NCBI GenBank assembly: GCA_965222075.1 | Contig: OZ244937.1 | Location: 5,123,891 to 5,187,890, forward strand | DNA: 64,000 nucleotides | Origin: Candidatus Latescibacterota bacterium | GTDB lineage: Bacteria; Latescibacterota; UBA2968; GCA-2709665 | Reading direction: 5' to 3' | Part shown: piece after piece, positions 33,466 to 43,616 of the stretch | Layout of the letters: every line of letters begins with the position of its first letter | How positions within the stretch are numbered: the first letter of the stretch is position 1 | Notes under the pieces: model-generated | Told to the model about the DNA's origin: nothing | The model's input: the letters and a program-made list of their open reading frames with translations, nothing else | The model's database searches: none | Translations under genes and position numbers: made by a program

Positions 33466-35659
33466 ATGACGATAAAGATTGAGGGTAGCGTTCGGGAAGT
33501 TCCCTCGGAACGTGGGCTGAAAAATATCCGCGTTTCCAATGGGGAACACATTGTGCAGACGGATGCCGATGGCCGATATGCTCTGGAGGTGGCGCCCGGG
33601 GACCACAGGTTCGTTTTTGTGACGGTTCCGGATGGCTTCCGGCTCTGCGGGAATTTCTACCGGTCCGACACTCGGCTGGACCGGATCCGCTGAACAGGGT
33701 GTGGATTTCAATCTCACGCCGGCGCCGGAAGGGGACAGGCGAACATTTACGATGGCCCATATTAGCGATACCCATGTTGTGCTGGAAGGGGACCGACCGC
33801 TGGGGAAGGTTCTGGCGCAGGATTTGCAACAGCTTGTTCGGGAAGCGGCGCCGGACCTGATCGTTGTGAGTGGGGATCTGACAGACTGGGGGACGCTGGA
33901 GGAACTGGAGCGTTTTCACGAGGCCATCGGTACGATTACGACACCGGTTCTACCCATGTTCGGCGGGCACGACGGGAATCAGGAGCGCTTCGGAGACCTG
34001 ACGGTTGAGGCGCTTGTAGAATTGAAACACAAAAGGGAGCTGGCGAAGATCCAGGAGATTCTGAAAGCGCGAGAAGGCACGACCTTCACGCGTAACTACG
34101 AACAGGTACTCGGCCCTGCGTATTATAGCTTCGACCGGGGGGGCCGCCATTTTGTTTTGTATCCAAATGAGGAGAATTTCTTTTCTCCGGCAGACCGGAA
34201 GCGGAAGGAAGACTGGTTATGGGCGGATCTGGCCCTGCAGCCTGTGGATCGAGAGGTCGTCGTTTTCCTGCACAAACCCCCATCGGCTGCTTTTCTAACA
34301 GCGTTGGGCCGGTATCCTGTGAGGCTGGTACTGCACGGGCACTGGCACTCCAGCAAGGTGTTCCTGCACGGCAGGATTGTCGTTGCCGCAACACCGGCGC
34401 TCTGTTTTGGGGGAATCGATACCCGTCCCCGGGGCTATCGTCTCGTGAAATTCCGGGAGGAGGATCTGCAGTCTGAGCTCAAGCCCCTTCGAAGGGCGGG
34501 GGGAGCGTCGCGCCCCGGTGATGAGGGGTGGGACGAGGCAGGCAGGGGTCTGCGGCTTCTGTGGGCGCATCAACTGCCGGTGGGGTTGCACCGGGCGGCG
34601 CCTGTCCGTTCAGGAGACGGGCTCCTGGTGAGTCTGGCTGACGAAGGATATCCCGGGCGCAGCGGCGTAGTCTGTATCGAGAGCCGGAGTGGAACGCAGC
34701 GGTGGCGGATGTTCACCGAGACGTCGGTGAAGAACAGTGTGGCCCTCGCATCTCCTGCGGGATCGGTGAATGGGGAGGGTGAATGGTGTGCGGTGGTGTC
34801 GGTAGCAGGCCGGGTGTACGTCCTGGAGACGGCGTCCGGACAGATTCGGTGGCAGGTTGACCTGCCCGGTTTTCCCGAACGCTGGATCTATGCCTCTCCG
34901 GTGATCGCTGACACGATGGTGTACGCAGGGGGAAAGGCAGGTTACGGGGCCTACGATCTTGAGACAGGCGCGCAACAGTGGTATACTGTAATTGAAGGCG
35001 GTGACGGCTGGCCGTGCTACGCGAGTCCGCAGGTGTGCGGCGACCTTCTCATTGTGCTCGTCCAGCGCCGGGGGCTGATGGCGCTGAACAGGCACAATGG
35101 GACGGTGGTATGGGAACGGCGCCTGGGCGTTGAAAATCCGTATGCCCGGCCGGCCGTGGCCGGAGACTTGCTGGTCAGCGGCAGCGATGCTCCAGGTCTG
35201 CACTGGTTTGGTGGGGATCCCGCGCATCTGGCGGTGCTGAGGATTTGTACGGGCGAGGTGGTCTGGCACCGTCCCGTGCTGCCGTCGAGGTACCCGACGG
35301 GACTGGCGGTCCGGGACGACCGGCTGTACGCGTCGACACCGGACGGTGAGGCGTTGTGTTTCGATCTGCATTCGGGTGTGTTGTTGTGGCGGTTCCGGAC
35401 GGGCGATGACCTGCTGGATATGATACCGGCGCGTCGAGAGGTCCGGTCCATCCTGGCTGCACCGGTTCTTTATGGGGATTATCTGCTTATCTGCGGTGGT
35501 GATGGATGCCTGTACGTTCTGGACGCGCATACCGGCGCGCGTAAGAGCTGTACGCCGTTTGGCTCTCCAATCACGGCCGCTCCGTGCTTAACCGAAGAGG
35601 GGTTCTGCGTGGGGACTTACGACGGGCGGTTGTATGGCTTTGGGGAACGGGCGGGATAG
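33466..35659 (+). pseudogene. CarboxypepD_reg-like + metallophosphoesterase + PQQ-like beta-propeller protein, split by an apparent 1-nt frameshift near 33680 (or a sequencing error)
   Basis: ORF 33466-33693 ('IRVSNGEHIVQTDADGRYALEV') and ORF 33632-35659 ('FTMAHISDTHVV', 'VVSGDLTD', 'LHGHWH', PQQ-like repeats) overlap. Removing one base in GGACCGGA gives '...TRLDGSAEQGVDFNLTPA'. Confidence 0.55.
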
Positions 35660-35710
35660 GGTCAGAGGGAGACTGCGGGTCGGTTCTACGAAGAAACCAA
35701 GGAGGAACTT

Positions 35711-36712
35711 ATGACGGTGTCTGTACAATCTCAGCCCTGGGAGCGACCGGACAAGCCCATTTTCAGCAATGCGCCGCCCCCCCAGGCGTGGATGCGGTGC
35801 AATATCTACTGCCCGCGTGTAATCTACGCTGAGGGCAAATATCGCATGTGGTTTTCCGGGTCTGATGTGCGGCCTACGCTCTACCGCTCGTGCATCGGGT
35901 ATGCCGAATCGGACGACGGCCTGGCGTGGACGCTTTACCCGGGCAACCCGATTCTGACAGCCGATGGGCTGTCGTGGGGCCAGAGTCTGCATACGCCCCG
36001 GGTTCTGTTCGATGAGGAGGAGAGGCTCTACAAGATGTGGTTCCTCAGCACGACCCATGTGGAGTACCGGGATGACGGCATCCTGGCGAAGAACATCAGT
36101 TCGGCCATGGGGTATGCCACCAGCCGGGATGGAATCCACTGGGATTTCTGGCCCGAGCCCCTGATCGAAGAGTGCCGTGCCCCGTGCGTTCACAAGGAGG
36201 GGACACGCTATCGGATGTGGTTGAATGCCAGGCCCAACCCCGATGACTCGTGGGAAACGGCCTATGGCTATGTGTATGAGTACACATCGGAGGATGGGAT
36301 CACATGGACGCGGCGCGACCGGCCTGCGGTGCAGGCGACGGGGAATACGAAGTCGTGCGTGTATCCGGACGTGCACAGGATCAATGGAACCTATTATATG
36401 TGGCACATCGGCCATCTGAAGAAGAAGGACGGTCCGATGAATCTGGCCTATCACGAGATTTTCTGCGATACGTCGAAAGATGGAGTCAACTGGACGTTGA
36501 ACCACGAGACCCCCGCGTTTGCCGCCTCCAGGGATCTCAAGCGGTTCGACTGGAAGACGGTGTCGACGCCGTGCGTGGTGGATGCGGGGGATACGTTGCG
36601 GCTGTATTACGCGGGGTGCAATCTGAAGACGAATTTCAATCTGTTTGAGGGTGGCGATAACGGAGAGGGGATGCATATCGCCGTGGCGACGATGGCCAAA
36701 GAACGGTTGTGA
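35711..36712 (+). CDS. Beta-propeller glycoside-hydrolase-like protein (paralogue of 1-1260 and 47771-48769)
   Basis: AAGGAGGA lies upstream. Repeats include 'GKYRMWFSG', 'SDDGLAWT', 'RLYKMWF', 'SRDGIHW' and 'SEDGITWT'. Confidence 0.7.
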   Translation: MTVSVQSQPWERPDKPIFSNAPPPQAWMRCNIYCPRVIYAEGKYRMWFSGSDVRPTLYRSCIGYAESDDGLAWTLYPGNPILTADGLSWGQSLHTPRVLFDEEERLYKMWFLSTTHVEYRDDGILAKNISSAMGYATSRDGIHWDFWPEPLIEECRAPCVHKEGTRYRMWLNARPNPDDSWETAYGYVYEYTSEDGITWTRRDRPAVQATGNTKSCVYPDVHRINGTYYMWHIGHLKKKDGPMNLAYHEIFCDTSKDGVNWTLNHETPAFAASRDLKRFDWKTVSTPCVVDAGDTLRLYYAGCNLKTNFNLFEGGDNGEGMHIAVATMAKERL

Positions 36713-36764
36713 CGCTCCCGGATGGTCGTTGATCTGCGAAAATATGAGGACGGAGGAACAACGG

Positions 36765-37388
36765 ATGGAACGGCATACCCTGCGGTCGAGTGTCAAGAGT
36801 ATCCAGACCGGTTTCGAGCACAAAGTGCTCATTGTGATCGGGGACGGTGCGGAGGTGCTGGATACGATGGGACCCTACTATCGGCTGGGAGAGGACTACG
36901 AGGTGGTTTTTGCCGCGCCTGAGGTCGACTCCTACCATCTTGTGATTCACGAGTTGACACCCGGATGGGATATCACCGAGGAACGTCCGGGCTACCGTGT
37001 CGAATCGGATGTGGCCTTTAGAGACGTTGATCCCGAAGCCTACGTCGCGCTGGTGTTGCCCGGTGGAAGGGCTCCCGAGTATCTGCGATACGACGAGGAC
37101 CTGATTCGGATCACCCGGAGTTTTTTCTCACAAAACAAACCCGTGGCTTCGATCTGTCACGGCATTGAGATTCTCGGAGCGGCTGACGTGATTCGCGGCA
37201 GGAAGGTTACGACGATTCCCAAGTGTCGATTCGACGCGGCGATTTGTGGGGCGAAATACGTGGCTGGGCCAACAGTCCGGGATGGGAATCTGATTTGTGC
37301 GCGAGGCAAAAAAGATATCTCTCCGTGGATGATGGCGTTTGTGAACATGGTCAAGCAGTACCTTGCGAGCCGGGAGGTGGTCAGATGA
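36765..37388 (+). CDS. DJ-1/PfpI family protein
   Basis: 'KVLIVIGDGAEVLDTMGP' and the nucleophile elbow 'VASICHGIEIL'. GGAGGA lies 7 nt before ATG 36765. Confidence 0.8.
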   Translation: MERHTLRSSVKSIQTGFEHKVLIVIGDGAEVLDTMGPYYRLGEDYEVVFAAPEVDSYHLVIHELTPGWDITEERPGYRVESDVAFRDVDPEAYVALVLPGGRAPEYLRYDEDLIRITRSFFSQNKPVASICHGIEILGAADVIRGRKVTTIPKCRFDAAICGAKYVAGPTVRDGNLICARGKKDISPWMMAFVNMVKQYLASREVVR

Positions 37389-38623
37389 CAGACGCAGAAC
37401 TTGAAGAAAAGGCGATTCGGATCCAGGCAGTGGTGGAGGAAAAGGTGCTTCAAAGGCACGGCATGGTGCCCATGCTTGTGCGTGCCAGTGATTTTCGGTT
37501 GCCCACCGCTGAGGACTACGGGGGTGCCTACCGACACCGCCATCTCCTGGGCAAGACGGAGGAGGAGGTCGGAATCGCGCCGATGCATGTCTGGCGGGCC
37601 TGGGAGAATACGCCCACGGACACCGCATGGTATCTTGGGGCTATGAGCTACCGGTATCGCTGTACCGGAGATCCCGACATTCTTGAGATCTGCCGGCGCA
37701 CATTGGGGGCGCTCAAATATATTCACGCTCTGGGGGTTGAGAAGGGCGAGCGGGGTTACATGTGCAAGCCGTATGGGGGCGTGTACAGCAACCAGACTTC
37801 CGGGGATCAGGTGCAATGCATCCTGGTGGGGCTGGCCGCGTATCGACCCATTGCGCATCGTGAAGATGTGGCCGTCGTTGACGAGATTCTCGCGGATATG
37901 GCCGAGTTCGAGATGAAATGGAATTACGTGTCCCCCCACGGGTATTTTGGCTACACCCGGGAGTCGCAGGTGGAATCGATTCTGGGAGAGAACTGGATCA
38001 ATGCCAGGTGGCCCTACGGAATCATACACGCGCCCCTGCTCTACCTGGCCTGGCAGGCGACCGGAGATCCGAAATTTCTTCGGGAGATTGAGCGCTGGTA
38101 CGATGCGTGCGATACAAGCGTGAGGTTCGAACGCCCCAAAGGGAAGATGACCGGCGGTCTGGGCTGGCGTGAGCTGTACCTCCCTGCGCTTTTGATGGCG
38201 TTCGACCCGGCGAACCACGAGCTGTGGCGCAGCATGATGCTTCAGAGATACGACATGCTTCGAACCGGGGTGCTGGAGGATGGGACGGCGGCCTATCAAT
38301 GGACCTATGATATGGATAGCGGTGAGCGCGAGCTGCTATCCTCCACTTTGTGGGGAGCGGGCCCGGCCAAGACCGGCAGGTCCGGAATTTTTGCCAGGGC
38401 CTGCGTCGGCGCCCAGCCGTGGTTTCAAGACGAGGATATGGCATCCACCGCCCGGCATATTCTGGAGAATCTGGATCTGGATACGTTCCGGTTTATTATG
38501 CCGGTGGAGGAGGACCAGCCCGTGCCGGCGGCGTGGGAGGTGGAGACCCGGCTGCTGGATATGGACAGCCTGACGGGGTGGCTGTGGGCATACTGGGAAG
38601 GACGGTGGCGCGGGTACTGGTAG
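37385..38623 (+). CDS. Hypothetical protein
   Basis: The ATG overlaps the DJ-1 stop (ATGA). 412 aa with no motif recognised. Confidence 0.6.
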   Translation: MTDAELEEKAIRIQAVVEEKVLQRHGMVPMLVRASDFRLPTAEDYGGAYRHRHLLGKTEEEVGIAPMHVWRAWENTPTDTAWYLGAMSYRYRCTGDPDILEICRRTLGALKYIHALGVEKGERGYMCKPYGGVYSNQTSGDQVQCILVGLAAYRPIAHREDVAVVDEILADMAEFEMKWNYVSPHGYFGYTRESQVESILGENWINARWPYGIIHAPLLYLAWQATGDPKFLREIERWYDACDTSVRFERPKGKMTGGLGWRELYLPALLMAFDPANHELWRSMMLQRYDMLRTGVLEDGTAAYQWTYDMDSGERELLSSTLWGAGPAKTGRSGIFARACVGAQPWFQDEDMASTARHILENLDLDTFRFIMPVEEDQPVPAAWEVETRLLDMDSLTGWLWAYWEGRWRGYW

Positions 38624-38690
38624 TGGGATGGATTGCGGGAAATCCGTTCAGAGATATGAAAAAAAGGCTAACCAAATGGAGGTGGAGCCA

Positions 38691-40781
38691 ATGAAGCAGC
38701 GAAAAATCCAACGGATCGCGTTTCTTCAGGATTATCGCAACCGGCCGGAGTCGCTTGTGGAGGAGATTCCGGAGGTGGCCGGCCTGGGTTACCACGAGGT
38801 GACGGTATCGGCGCGGATCGGGCACGAAGAGGCTGTGAGGGCGGTGGCCGGCAAGGCCGACGAATACGGTCTTGAGGTTTCGACCTTTACGGGATTTATG
38901 AAATACGCGTATGAGTACCTGGCGGAGCATCCCGAGCAGAAGGCGGTGTTCAGCAAAGATGCGGACCATCAGGAGTTGGGGGACCTGCCGGCGGTGTGGG
39001 GTTGTCCGTATAACGCGGTGTTCCAGAAGCGCTATCTGGATTTCCTGGAAAGGCTGGGTCGCATTCCGAACCTTACGGAAGTGTGGGTGAACGACGAAGC
39101 TTATTTCGGCAGGGACATGGATCTGCTGGCCTGCTACTGCCGGAGCTGCCAGGCGGACTGGGACCGGGAATTCGGCGGGAGGATCCCGATGCCGCCGTTC
39201 AAGGACCTGGAGGAGAAGGCGCGGCTGGTCACCTGGCGGTTTCGGCGGTGGAACGAAGTGCACGGCAGGATGAAGGCGGTGTTGAACCGGGATCACAGGG
39301 TCCGGGCGGTATTTCAGAGCGGCCCACAACCGTTCTGGGACATCAATCCGTGGGTGTGCGGCATAGACATCGACGGGATGGTTGAGGCGATTGACGGTCT
39401 GGCCGTGGATGCTTACCATACGTGTGTGCTGCCGGCGGTGGGGAGCGGGTTGTTTACGCCTCCTGAGATATTTCTGAGCGAGTGCTGTCGCTTCATTCGC
39501 GGGATGACGCTGGGCGAGGACAAGGTGAGCGTGATGCTGGCGCAGGGTATGTCTCACCCGGAATTTCACAGGCCACTGGACGAGCGGGATGGGTGGTGGT
39601 CGGCCGTGGTCCCACCGGCCCTTGGCGTGGATCGGGTGACGACCTATACCTACCGGCTTCAGCGGGTGTCGCCGATGCACCGGACCTTCCAGGAGGCGTT
39701 TCGGCTGGACCCCTACTTCGAACGGACCGAGCCCGTGGTATCCGTTGCGGTGGTTGACAGTCTGGAAACGCAGTGTTACGACGAACCGTTGCCCGCCAGG
39801 GGCCGCGAGAACTGGCGCTTGAGCCGGATGTTTTCGGTGGGACAGATGGCCGCGCATTACGGTCTGCCCCATGGGTATCTGCCTTCGTCAAAGCTCTCTC
39901 CCGAACTGCTCGAGCAGTATCCGGTGGTGATCCTGCCCAATGTTTCGTGCCTGTCCTCCAGCGCGCGTGATGCGCTCCTGGAATATGCCCGCAATGGCGG
40001 AACGCTGGTGGCGGCGGGGGAGACGGCCACCCGCGACGAGATGGGACACCCGTCGGACGGGTCGTTTCTAACGGAGGCGTTTGGGATTACGTCCTGTGTG
40101 CCGGAAGGGGGTTCCCACGTGTTTTCGCCCACGGGCGAGCACGAGGCGTTCGCGGGTCTCCCGTGGCCGGATGAGAGGACGGCCTGGGATCCCTGGAAGG
40201 GCAACAACCACCCGGTGCTGGGACTGGATCTCGCGGTCCGGGCAGAGGCGGGCGGCGAGGCGGAGGTGCTGGCGGTCTTCGATGAGCCCCTGGCCGCGCA
40301 CCCGGCGATTACCGTAAAGCGGCTTGGGGCAGGCTACGGCGTGTTCGTAGCAGGCATCCCTTCCCGCTGGATAGATCAAAGGCCAGCGGGCACAAATGTC
40401 CTGAGCTTTTCCCGCCAGGTGGTAGCACAGCTAATCCTGTCGCTAACAGGGAATAAGCTGCCGGTGAGGGTGAAGGGCTTTCCGCCAAGGGTGCCGTTGC
40501 AGGAGGTCAGGCCGCTGGATATTCGCTGGAAGCCGACGGTGGAGTTCATGCCTTCGGTGGGTGAGGATCTCTACCTTGTGGCGGTGCCGTCCTATTTCAG
40601 GGAGCCCGGCGCGTTCGAGATCGAGGCCAGGCTGCCGGATGGGAAGCAATGTCGGGAGGTACGGGAACTGGTGTCCGATCATCCCGTTACGGAGATGAGA
40701 CAGGATGGGCGGACGGTGGAGATTGATGTTAACTTGACCACCGAGGATTTTTTGAAGGTGTATGCTTTTTTTCTGATGTAG
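38691..40781 (+). CDS. Hypothetical glycosidase-like protein (paralogue of 50237-52258)
   Basis: GGAGG lies 8 nt upstream. 'CPYNAVFQKRYLDFLERL...VWVNDEAYFG...CYCRSCQADW' parallels 'CPFRPENKAYYLSLLMEI...IHLNDEACLG...CYCEFCQSEF'. 'VVILPNVSCLS' resembles a GH42-type trimerisation domain. Confidence 0.6.
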   Translation: MKQRKIQRIAFLQDYRNRPESLVEEIPEVAGLGYHEVTVSARIGHEEAVRAVAGKADEYGLEVSTFTGFMKYAYEYLAEHPEQKAVFSKDADHQELGDLPAVWGCPYNAVFQKRYLDFLERLGRIPNLTEVWVNDEAYFGRDMDLLACYCRSCQADWDREFGGRIPMPPFKDLEEKARLVTWRFRRWNEVHGRMKAVLNRDHRVRAVFQSGPQPFWDINPWVCGIDIDGMVEAIDGLAVDAYHTCVLPAVGSGLFTPPEIFLSECCRFIRGMTLGEDKVSVMLAQGMSHPEFHRPLDERDGWWSAVVPPALGVDRVTTYTYRLQRVSPMHRTFQEAFRLDPYFERTEPVVSVAVVDSLETQCYDEPLPARGRENWRLSRMFSVGQMAAHYGLPHGYLPSSKLSPELLEQYPVVILPNVSCLSSSARDALLEYARNGGTLVAAGETATRDEMGHPSDGSFLTEAFGITSCVPEGGSHVFSPTGEHEAFAGLPWPDERTAWDPWKGNNHPVLGLDLAVRAEAGGEAEVLAVFDEPLAAHPAITVKRLGAGYGVFVAGIPSRWIDQRPAGTNVLSFSRQVVAQLILSLTGNKLPVRVKGFPPRVPLQEVRPLDIRWKPTVEFMPSVGEDLYLVAVPSYFREPGAFEIEARLPDGKQCREVRELVSDHPVTEMRQDGRTVEIDVNLTTEDFLKVYAFFLM

Positions 40782-40837
40782 GTGTGATCGGCCGATCACA
40801 CCTATCACTGATTTGTGATCAAGCGATCCATCCGAAA

Positions 40838-41272
40838 TCAGGAACGCGGGTTCCGTGACCGCACCCATGCGTCCACGCCGTATTTTCCTGAGCCGACCAG
40901 TAGAAACATCACCGCGATGGCCAGGTACAGAAGCGCCATCTCCTTCCTTCCGAAGGGGTCCGCCGCGTGGACGCCAAATCCGGCGACCAGCATCGTAAAG
41001 CCCATAAAGAACGTGCCTGGCCGGGTGAGCAATCCAAGCGCCAGCAACAGCCCGCCGCCAAACTCCCCGAAGGCGGCCGCCCACGCGAAAAACTCGGGTA
41101 TGGGAAACCCCAGTTTTCCCGTACCGGCCACAAGCCCGGCGGAAGGCGGGACCTTTCCCAGCCCGTGCCCCAATGCCATACTCAGCCCTGTAAACACCCT
41201 CAGGATCGCCAACCCGACATTTGCCGGGATCGACTCAATAACCGCTCCGCCAAATAGAAGTCGCCTGATCAT
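40838..41272 (-). CDS. DoxX family membrane protein
   Basis: 144 aa, 4 TM-like segments. 'LAILRVFTGLSMALGHGLGK...GEFGGGLLLALGLLTR' is typical of DoxX. Confidence 0.85.
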   Translation of the reverse strand: MIRRLLFGGAVIESIPANVGLAILRVFTGLSMALGHGLGKVPPSAGLVAGTGKLGFPIPEFFAWAAAFGEFGGGLLLALGLLTRPGTFFMGFTMLVAGFGVHAADPFGRKEMALLYLAIAVMFLLVGSGKYGVDAWVRSRNPRS

Positions 41273-41286
41273 AATCTACCTCCCAA

Positions 41287-43047
41287 TTATGGATTGAAAG
41301 TAAATAAAGGGTGTAGGTTTTGATTTACGCAGCTTTTTTCAAAAAGAGGGCCCCAAATCCGGCGGATTTTTGCACCTGAAAAACCAAATGCTTTCCAAAC
41401 CAATTTGTCAGCCGTGCGCATAAGTTCGATTTTTTTGTCGGACGTGCACTCAAAAGCCTGTTTTGCCATTTTGACAAGTTGGATTGCTGGAGCTGAATCT
41501 GGCCTTGGGAGAGGGAACCGCTCAACATATTGAGTGATGAATCGTCTTCTTCCGGCATATAATTTATTGTTGAAACTTCGGTCGTAAAAGCACTCTATAA
41601 AAGAGGAGTTGCCTACAGCAAGGGCCAGCCAGGTAAGCTCGTTTTCTTCAGAGCATGAAATCCAATAGCAGTCTCCGTTTACTACGGTGCCATCCAGGTC
41701 CAGCCAAAATGTTGGATGTTCAGCTATATCCCGAAAAACGATTTTGGCTTTTTCCCAGGCTTTCGGATCCTGGGGTACCCATATTTCGTACCATTCTCTT
41801 CCTGCTTCAATTACATACTTCCTGCCCTCAAGCTGATTTCTATGTTCTTCAAGATACGCTTTCGATCTTGGGTAACTCGCTAGATCGACGGCACAACGCT
41901 TTCCTTCAAGAATAGTGTGAGGGTAAAGAATCTTGCTTTTTGGTGTCTTTGACCTGTACGGATTTCCAATGTGATGGGTTGTCAAATTTTTCAGCAACTC
42001 CGGTCGCTCATCCAAAGGCATGTCATCCCAATCTGATCTTATGAATACGCGATCAGCAGTCGTTTTAACTCCCACTCTGACCTTGCCAAGATCCTTGAAG
42101 GTGGCAGCCGTGTTCCTGCTGACTCTACTTAACCATTCTCTACTTTCCTTTGTAGATATTCGCCAAACATCCTCTGGTTTTCGCCCTGAATCCAACTCTC
42201 CCTTTTGGACCCTGAAGTATCCGTTAGATTTTGTCTTGACATACCCGCCACATCGAAGGGCTTCGATTGGACTCTCGCAATTGTGAGCTCTTTTAACGGG
42301 ATCAGAAGTGTAAATTGAAGTGAATTTGGCAGTAATAGGTGGCTTTCGAAAGGTTTTTGGTTTCAGCATCAGGACCGCTGGAAGCACAGCCGCCTCAAAA
42401 AGTTTTGTGTCACCAAGATCCCAAATATGTGCAATCTCATACATCTCTTTAATCCTGGCTCTTACGGTCTCCCCGGATCTGGTCGTCATGAACCGATTAG
42501 ATACGATTATTCCAAGAATGCCCCTCGGATGAATATATTGGGCTATCGCGATAATGAATGCATAGTAGAGATCCACCCTTCCTGCCAATCCGAATCGGCG
42601 AGCTATGTCTTGGGATCTTTTGGACCCCATTACTTGAGTTCTCACATAAGGTGGATTTGAGATCACGAGATCGAATTGCTTTGGTTGTCGGCCTTGGAAA
42701 AGGCCAGGCTGGGAGAAACAGCCCACTGATTGAGCAAGGAAATCCTGATTGTTGAACTCAATAGAAGCTTTTGGAAACTGGTCCTTTATTCTAGTCTCCG
42801 CAGAAAGCATCTCGGACTGATTCGTTTCGTATCCGCTCACGGACAGATTTACATCCATTTCTTGTAAATTTTTCAAAACAGCAAGTAATAGTTCGCCGTC
42901 ACCCAGCGCGGGATCGAATACATTTATGGCGCGTGTGTTTCTTGGCGGCTTCCACAATTTCAGCATTTCTTCTGCGACAAATTCAGCCAGAACAGGAGGG
43001 GTGTAATGCGATCCCGTTGATTTCCGTTCTGAATCGACTCTTATCAT
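41287..43047 (-). CDS. Solitary N6-adenine DNA methyltransferase (Eco57I-type MTase domain + TaqI-like C-terminal specificity domain)
   Basis: 'TGSHYTPPVLAEFV', 'VFDPALGDGELL' (SAM motif) and 'DLVISNPPYVRTQ' (NPPY). AT-rich relative to its neighbours. Confidence 0.85.
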   Translation of the reverse strand: MIRVDSERKSTGSHYTPPVLAEFVAEEMLKLWKPPRNTRAINVFDPALGDGELLLAVLKNLQEMDVNLSVSGYETNQSEMLSAETRIKDQFPKASIEFNNQDFLAQSVGCFSQPGLFQGRQPKQFDLVISNPPYVRTQVMGSKRSQDIARRFGLAGRVDLYYAFIIAIAQYIHPRGILGIIVSNRFMTTRSGETVRARIKEMYEIAHIWDLGDTKLFEAAVLPAVLMLKPKTFRKPPITAKFTSIYTSDPVKRAHNCESPIEALRCGGYVKTKSNGYFRVQKGELDSGRKPEDVWRISTKESREWLSRVSRNTAATFKDLGKVRVGVKTTADRVFIRSDWDDMPLDERPELLKNLTTHHIGNPYRSKTPKSKILYPHTILEGKRCAVDLASYPRSKAYLEEHRNQLEGRKYVIEAGREWYEIWVPQDPKAWEKAKIVFRDIAEHPTFWLDLDGTVVNGDCYWISCSEENELTWLALAVGNSSFIECFYDRSFNNKLYAGRRRFITQYVERFPLPRPDSAPAIQLVKMAKQAFECTSDKKIELMRTADKLVWKAFGFSGAKIRRIWGPLFEKSCVNQNLHPLFTFNP

Positions 43048-43616
43048 TATTCCCCCATCGCGCAGTTGGGTTTTACAGATCCCAACAGATAATACTAAAC
43101 ATCATCCGTCAAAATGATGTGCTTGCCCTGGCGTGCAATGCGAAAACCCACTTTCGCCGAACGCAGCTTCTTGGGCGAGAATTGGAGTCGGTCATATTGC
43201 CGATATGGTTGCTCTTTGTCCCACAAAAGATTACCTTATCATGCCGTACAACAGCAGTCGGGTATGGGTTGAATCGAGCGCGCATGAGACACCACCCGGT
43301 TTCTTGATGATAATCGCCGAACATACGAGATCGAAAGCGGTGCGGTTGGCATAACCGAAGTCTTCCCAAGCCTGCAAGATAATGTGTGTCCCAAGTATAG
43401 TCTATAACAAGTCGAAAAGCAAGAATGAGGCGAATCTTCGTTTCCCGTGTCCCTCCGGGGCAGGAACACCGATTGCGTGGAGGTGTTTGGTATCAACGGT
43501 GAGGGTACACTGAGGCGGCTTTTGGACACATTCTGCATCAAATAACGGCGGACAAGAGGGGATGGTTTTGGAGCTTTGACTCTGGTCTGTGGCCCGAGAT
43601 AAAAGGAGAGGAGCAC

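Noticed and set aside
35588-39872. Minus-strand ORFs 35588-36832, 37157-38299 and 38496-39872
   Set aside because: Same reasoning: they are antisense shadows of plus-strand genes that have motifs or paralogues in the window.
43048-43616. ORFs 43109-43369 (-) and 43133-43354 (+) as the restriction partner of the orphan methyltransferase
   Set aside because: They are short, mutually overlapping and have no nuclease motif recognisable by eye. They may be decayed remnants, but I cannot support a call.
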